Positions 58,927-64,000 of a DNA stretch of 64,000 bases are shown here, one piece after another. This DNA is from Deferrisomatales bacterium. Lineage in GTDB: Bacteria; Desulfobacterota; Deferrisomatia; Deferrisomatales; JACRMM01. The DNA lies in contig JAWSUI010000015.1 in NCBI GenBank assembly GCA_033551855.1, forward strand, positions 1 through 64,000, written 5' to 3'. Positions within the stretch are counted from its first letter, which is position 1; every line of letters begins with the position of its first letter. Both the position numbers and the translations under genes were made by a program. Below the pieces are notes generated by a model. That model saw nothing but the letters and a program-made list of their open reading frames with translations, was not told where the DNA came from and did no database searches.

Positions 58927-59187
58927 GGGAATGGACGGGCCTCCCCTGTTCTCGTGTGGTCGTTTCGCCGCCAAGAAGCCAGCCCCACGCAAGACGTCCC
59001 GAACGGGCTCGCGTGCTCCACGACGATCTCTTCCGCCACCGGCCCGTCAGAGTACCGGAGACTCTGGGGAACCGACAGCGGAACGCGGTCGATTTACCCG
59101 CCCTGCCACCCAAATTATCCGACCGTTCCGCCCGGCGGTGATCCGGCGGCCGCCCGCGGGGGGTCCGAGTCGGAGTGGGGGATGACG

Positions 59188-59301
59188 ATCGTCGATCACC
59201 ACCCGCCGTCCCCGGCAATCGACCCGGGTCGATGTGTGGCGGCGATGCCGGCAGGTCGAGGGCTCGATGTGGCCCCGGATACCGAGAAAGCTGAGCTTCA
59301 T
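59188..59301 (-). pseudogene. N-terminal remnant of an MBL-fold hydrolase
   Basis: MKLSFLGIRG...RHTS...RVVID, then similarity is lost. Confidence 0.5.
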
Positions 59302-59797
59302 CGCGCCTCGGACCTCGGGGGTCGCACCCCGTCCGCCGCCCCGGTCCCACCCCGCTCCGGAACGGGAGTGTGCGTCTTCCCTTCTCCGCCCGATCTTCCC
59401 CGGAAACTCAGACGCTTCCCGGAATCGACCCCGGCGGACCGGGAGGTCGTCGCCGGGGAGATGGATTGCGAGCACCAGGGACGACCCCGGATGGCGGGCG
59501 AAGACCACGGGAAGCTTCGGGTGTACGGGACCGCCGAGGACGGCCGGCTTCTCGGGGCCGAGACGGCCGCCCCGGGCGGGGAGCACCTCGCGCACCTCCC
59601 GGCGTGGGCCATCGGCCAGGGCGAGACGGTCTGGACGCTCCTGCGCAGGCCCTTCGATCTCCCGGTCTTCGGGGAGGGGCTTCGCCGCGCCCTGCAGGAC
59701 GCGGTGGCCAAGCTCGAGGGGCCGACCGGCACCGAGCTGCTCCTGTGCGAGGCGGCCCCCCCGGAAGAGCCTGTGCCGAGGCCTGGAGGGGAGGGGG

Positions 59798-62221
59798 TCA
59801 GGGGCTCGACTCCTGCCCCAGGTCCCACTCCCGGGTCTTCCCGGCCTCGATCTCGCAGACCTTCCCCTTCACCCCGACCTGGATGCACCGCTCGGTACAG
59901 CGAAGGGCGGCGACCTTGAGCTTCCCGCCGTCGATCTCGAGGCCCAGGCTGTGACCCCGATAGCGGAGATCCATCCGCAGGCTCTCCAACTCTTCGGGCA
60001 GCAGGGGGTTGAGCCAGAGCACGTCGCCTCGGGTCTCCAGCCCGGTGTAGCACCGCCGGATCAGGTCCACCGTCCCCGCCATGGCGCCCAGGTGGATTCC
60101 CTCCGGCGTCGTCCCCCCCTGGATGTCCGCCACGTCGCTGTGCAGGGCCTCGTGAAAGAGCTTCCAGGACCTCTTCCGGTCGGACCGGGCCAGGACCCAG
60201 GAGTGCACGACCCGGCTCAGGGAGGAACCGTGGGAGGTCCGAGCCATGTAGTAGGCGATGTTCTTGGGAATGGTCTCCCGGCTGAAGGAATACCCCAAGG
60301 CCTCGAAGAGCTCCTTCAGCTGCTCTGCGGAGAACAGGTAGAACAGCATCAACACGTCCGCCTGTTTCGAGGCCCGGTACCGGTTCGGGGTGTCGCCCTC
60401 CGCCTCCAGGATCCGATCGAGGCGTTCGATGTTCCCGTGTTCTTCCCGATAGCCTTCCCAGTCGAGCTCCTCCAGGTTCTCGTACCCCTCGAACTGGCTG
60501 ATGATGCCGTCCCCGTGGAACGGCACGAACATCCGGCTCGCGATGTCCTCCCACCGCCTGAGCTCCTTGGGGGCCAGGCCCAAGACCTGCCTGAGCTCCT
60601 CGCTCCGGCTCTCCGGAAGGACGTCGAGCGCCTGCGCGGCAGCCCTCAGGACCCAGACCGCGAAGACGTTGGTGTACGCGCTGTTGTTCAGGCCAGGCTC
60701 GTCCGCCTCGGGGTAGCCGTCGTGGTACTCGTCGGGCCCCATGACCCCGCGGATCTCGTAGCGCTCCCGGTCGGGGTTGTAGGTGGCCAGGCTCGCCCAG
60801 AACCGGGCAATCTCGAGCATCATCTCCGCCCCGTAGGCATAGAGGAACTCCATGTCCCGGGTCGCCTGGTAGTACTGCCACACGTTGTAGGCGATGGCCG
60901 CGTTCACGTGCCTCTGGAGCCGGCTGTTGTCGGGAATCCAGCGGCCGGACTTGGGGTTGAGGTGCAGGCGCTGGCTCTCCTCCCGTCCGTCGCTCCCGCT
61001 CTGCCAGGGGTACATGGCGCCGCGGTAGCCCGCCTCCCGTGCCGACGCCCGGGCCTCGTCGAGGCGGCGGAACCGGTACATCAGGAGCGACCGGGTGATC
61101 TCGGGCAGCCGCAGGTTGAAGAAGGGAAAGATGAAGAGCTCGTCCCAGAAGATGTGGCCCCGGTAGGCCTCCCCGTGCCAGCCCCGGGACGGGACCCCCA
61201 CGTCGAGGTCCATGCTGTGGGGGGAGACGCTCTGCAGCAGGTGGAAGATGTGCAGGCGCAGGATGCGGCTGGTCCAGGCACCGTCCGCCCCTTCGCGCAG
61301 CGAGAGGCGCAGATCGAAGCGGCTCCACAGGTGCTCCCAGGCCCCGACGTGATCGTGGAGGAGATCCTCGAAGCTCCCCGCCCGGCCGACCTCGGTGCGA
61401 GCCGCCAAGCCGCACTCGGAGATCGCCCGGTCTCGGGAGTTGAAGAGGGCGACCACCTTCTCCACCGTGACCTCGTCGCCCTGGGACACGGGCACGCGGA
61501 TGGTGTGGCACGCGTATCCCTCCCGAAGCACTCGGCCCCGATCGGCCAGTACCAGCTCGCCCCCCCTGCGCACCCGGGTCCGGGCCGCCAACGCGACCTC
61601 CCGCAGGGACTGGACGGTCCGTGACTTGAGGAAGAGGGTCTCCTCGTTCACCTCCTCCGAGGACACCGCTTCCAGGTGGCGGCCGTCGAGCCGGCGGTAG
61701 CGCTCCACGCCCTGGTTGGTGACCCGGCCGTCCAGGGCGCTTCGGAGCTCCACGGTCCCCGACCAGTTCTCGGCGGTCAGGGTGGTCTCCAGTGCCGCCA
61801 GGTGGTTATTGCCCATGTGGACCAGCCGCCGTTCCGAGAGCCGGCTCTCGCGCCCCGCCACGTCCCGGAACCGGATCTCCAGCTTGAGCACCCCGTGCTT
61901 CAGGTCCAGCTCCTGGCGGTAGGAGAGCACGTCCTCCCGCGCCAGCTCGAACCAGCTCCCCCCGTCGACCCGAAAGGTGAGGGCCAGCCAGTTGGGAAGG
62001 TTCACCAGGTCCTCGTTCTCCACCACCCGCCCGGAGATCTCGGTCTGCAGCCGGTTATAGCCGCAGGCCAGGTAGGTGCCCGGGTAGTGCACCTCCCCCG
62101 CGTCCGCCTCCGGAGCCGCCCCCCGGGTGGCGAAGTACCCGTTTCCCAGGGTGCAGAGCGCCTCCCTCAGCCTCTCCTGGTCCGGATCGAATCGGTCGTA
62201 GACGAGGGTCCAGGGGCTCAT
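59798..62221 (-). CDS. Glycoside hydrolase family 65 phosphorylase (trehalose/trehalose-6-phosphate type)
   Basis: LGNGYFATRG, GEAYRGHIFWDE, GPDEYH, KQADV, HGSSLS. Confidence 0.93.
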   Translation of the reverse strand: MSPWTLVYDRFDPDQERLREALCTLGNGYFATRGAAPEADAGEVHYPGTYLACGYNRLQTEISGRVVENEDLVNLPNWLALTFRVDGGSWFELAREDVLSYRQELDLKHGVLKLEIRFRDVAGRESRLSERRLVHMGNNHLAALETTLTAENWSGTVELRSALDGRVTNQGVERYRRLDGRHLEAVSSEEVNEETLFLKSRTVQSLREVALAARTRVRRGGELVLADRGRVLREGYACHTIRVPVSQGDEVTVEKVVALFNSRDRAISECGLAARTEVGRAGSFEDLLHDHVGAWEHLWSRFDLRLSLREGADGAWTSRILRLHIFHLLQSVSPHSMDLDVGVPSRGWHGEAYRGHIFWDELFIFPFFNLRLPEITRSLLMYRFRRLDEARASAREAGYRGAMYPWQSGSDGREESQRLHLNPKSGRWIPDNSRLQRHVNAAIAYNVWQYYQATRDMEFLYAYGAEMMLEIARFWASLATYNPDRERYEIRGVMGPDEYHDGYPEADEPGLNNSAYTNVFAVWVLRAAAQALDVLPESRSEELRQVLGLAPKELRRWEDIASRMFVPFHGDGIISQFEGYENLEELDWEGYREEHGNIERLDRILEAEGDTPNRYRASKQADVLMLFYLFSAEQLKELFEALGYSFSRETIPKNIAYYMARTSHGSSLSRVVHSWVLARSDRKRSWKLFHEALHSDVADIQGGTTPEGIHLGAMAGTVDLIRRCYTGLETRGDVLWLNPLLPEELESLRMDLRYRGHSLGLEIDGGKLKVAALRCTERCIQVGVKGKVCEIEAGKTREWDLGQESSP

Positions 62222-63774
62222 CGGGCTTCCCTCTCCCGGTGCGAGGCGAGCTCCTCCAAGAACCGGCGGACCTCCCCGGGATCCTCCAGGCCGTAGCGGG
62301 CCCACGTGGACCGCGGCCCGTCCCGCACCACGATACCCACGCCCCGCCCTCGGAGGGCCCGAAAGGCGTCCTCGTCGGTGACGTCGTCGCCGAGATAGAG
62401 GGGGACCACCCCGGGGCGGTCGAGGCCGAGGCGCTCGAGCAGCCAGCCGACGGCCCGGCCCTTGTCCCAGTCCACGTCGGGCCGGAGCTCGAAGATCTTC
62501 TTTCCGGTGCCCTTGCGCAGCTTCGGCTGTTCGCCGAGAACCCTGTCCACCGCCTCCTCCACCTCCGGCTCCCGCCCCGGGTCGGCCCCGCGGAAGTGGA
62601 CCGCGATCGCGTACTTCTTCCGCTCCACCCGAACCCCGGCGACGCCCTCGAGCTCGTCCCTCACCCTGCCCTCGGCCTCGTCCAGTGCGGGCAGGAACGG
62701 GTCGCCCACCGAGTTTTCCAGCCGGCGGTCGCCGGGACCGTGGAGGTCGAAGCCGTGGCTGCCTGCGTAGATCAGATCATCCAGGCCCACCAGCCTCCGG
62801 ACGTCGGGGAGGTCCCGGCCGCTCACCACCGCGACCGTGCAGAGCCCGGCCAGACGCCGCACGACCTCTCGGGTCCGATCATCCAGAACCGCCGCAGCGG
62901 GGTCCTCCACGATCGGGGTGAGGGTCCCGTCGTAGTCCAGGAACGCCGCGATCTCGTCCGCCTCCCCGACGATCGCAGCCGCCTGGCCCAGCGCCGACGG
63001 CAGGTCACCCATGGGCCCCGGCCGTTCCGGGTCCACCCGGACGGAAGCGAAATCGCGGACCACCACGTCCGCTCCGCTCTCCAACAACTCCTCCGCCCCA
63101 TTCTGCCGGGCCACGCCCACCACGAGCCCGAAGTGTCCTCTCCGGCCCGCCTCCACGCCGGCTCGGGCGTCCTCCCAGACCACCGCCCGGTTCGGGGCGG
63201 CGCCCACCCGCTGCGCGGCCTCGAGGAACAGGTCCGGCGCCGGTTTGCCCTCGAGCCCCAGCCGCTCTGCCTCCACCCCGTCCACCCGGGCCTCGAACCG
63301 GCCGGCCAGGCCGGCCGCCTCCAGCACGGCCCGGCAGTTCCGGCTCGAGGAGACCACGGCGAGCCGGAACTCCGCGGCCTCGAGGGCGTCGAGGAGGGGT
63401 TCGGCGTCCGGGAAGACCGTCACCCCGTCCTTCTTCAGGCGCTCCAGGAAGAGCTCGTTCTTTCGGTTCCCCAGCCCGCACACGGTCTCGCGGGCCGGGG
63501 GGTCATCCGGCTCTCCCCGCGGCAGCGAGATGCCCCGGGCCTCCAGGAAGCTCTGGACGCCGTCATACCGAGGCTTGCCGTCCACGTACCGGCGGTAGTC
63601 CTCCTCTTCGAAGGGGGAAACCTCCCTCCCCTCCCGTTCGCCCCGCGCCGCAAGGAAGTCGTCGAACATCTCCTTCCAGGCGGCCTCGTGCACCCGCGCG
63701 GTCTTGGTCAAGACCCCGTCCAGGTCGAAGATCGCCGCGTCGTAGTCGCGGCGGCCGAGGGTGAGATCGGGCAT
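62218..63774 (-). CDS. otsB: Beta-phosphoglucomutase-like HAD fused to trehalose-6-phosphate phosphatase
   Basis: N-terminal FDLDGV..GKPAPD..EDA; C-terminal FLDYDGTL, SGR, YAGSHG, DKG, GDDVTDEDAF. Confidence 0.9.
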   Translation of the reverse strand: MPDLTLGRRDYDAAIFDLDGVLTKTARVHEAAWKEMFDDFLAARGEREGREVSPFEEEDYRRYVDGKPRYDGVQSFLEARGISLPRGEPDDPPARETVCGLGNRKNELFLERLKKDGVTVFPDAEPLLDALEAAEFRLAVVSSSRNCRAVLEAAGLAGRFEARVDGVEAERLGLEGKPAPDLFLEAAQRVGAAPNRAVVWEDARAGVEAGRRGHFGLVVGVARQNGAEELLESGADVVVRDFASVRVDPERPGPMGDLPSALGQAAAIVGEADEIAAFLDYDGTLTPIVEDPAAAVLDDRTREVVRRLAGLCTVAVVSGRDLPDVRRLVGLDDLIYAGSHGFDLHGPGDRRLENSVGDPFLPALDEAEGRVRDELEGVAGVRVERKKYAIAVHFRGADPGREPEVEEAVDRVLGEQPKLRKGTGKKIFELRPDVDWDKGRAVGWLLERLGLDRPGVVPLYLGDDVTDEDAFRALRGRGVGIVVRDGPRSTWARYGLEDPGEVRRFLEELASHREREAR

Positions 63775-64000
63775 GCGGAAGAGGCTCCGGGTCGCGGTTC
63801 GCCGAGGCAGGTGTCGTTTCCCATATAGCCGCGGGTCTCGGGGCCCGCAAGCGGACCCGCGTCGCGGAACGGGAGACGAACGGCCTTTCCTCTTATCCGA
63901 ACGGTTGTTTCGGACCGGCGGGGCCGCGGCAGCCCCTCGGAGGACCGACGGGCCGGCATGCCCGAACGTCCCAAGCGGCGTCGCCCGCCGGGACGGGAAG

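Noticed and set aside
59491..59800. Possible small plus-strand ORF MAGEDHGKLRVYG...
   Set aside because: No recognisable motif and it runs into the GH65 3' end; unsupported

Overview
High-GC (about 70% by eye) bacterial DNA. The gene content and protein style suggest an anaerobic Desulfobacterota/Deferrisoma-like organism (inference). The left ~35 kb is a divergently transcribed catabolic super-cluster. Its minus arm encodes a class III CoA-transferase, an acyl-CoA dehydrogenase, EtfBA/FixCX, a two-subunit B12 acyl-CoA mutase, hydantoinase A/B, two PaaK-type CoA ligases, a three-subunit xanthine-oxidase-family Mo hydroxylase, YqeB and a TRAP transporter. Its plus arm encodes a 4-hydroxybenzoyl-CoA-reductase-like Mo enzyme, a VOC epimerase, CoxD/XdhC/CoxE maturases and TrpB2; a motif-degenerate TrpD converges on it. 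The enzyme set matches the anaerobic indole-3-acetate (iaa) pathway and adds a candidate 2-aminobenzoyl-CoA reductase. Many spacers in the cluster carry degenerate 6/7/9-bp tandem repeats. The middle region (36-46 kb) is decaying accessory DNA: a fused AbrB-PIN TA gene, an orphan WYL regulator, an IS30 end, and a triple-lesion 2-oxoacid:ferredoxin oxidoreductase containing a 230-bp MITE. The right part is a stress/sugar island (FtsH, aldehyde dehydrogenase, PfkB, GpmA, PfpI, S2P-CBS, GH65, beta-PGM/OtsB fusion) with several gene remnants. No rRNA, tRNA or CRISPR array was seen. All calls come from reading motifs by eye, with no database searches.
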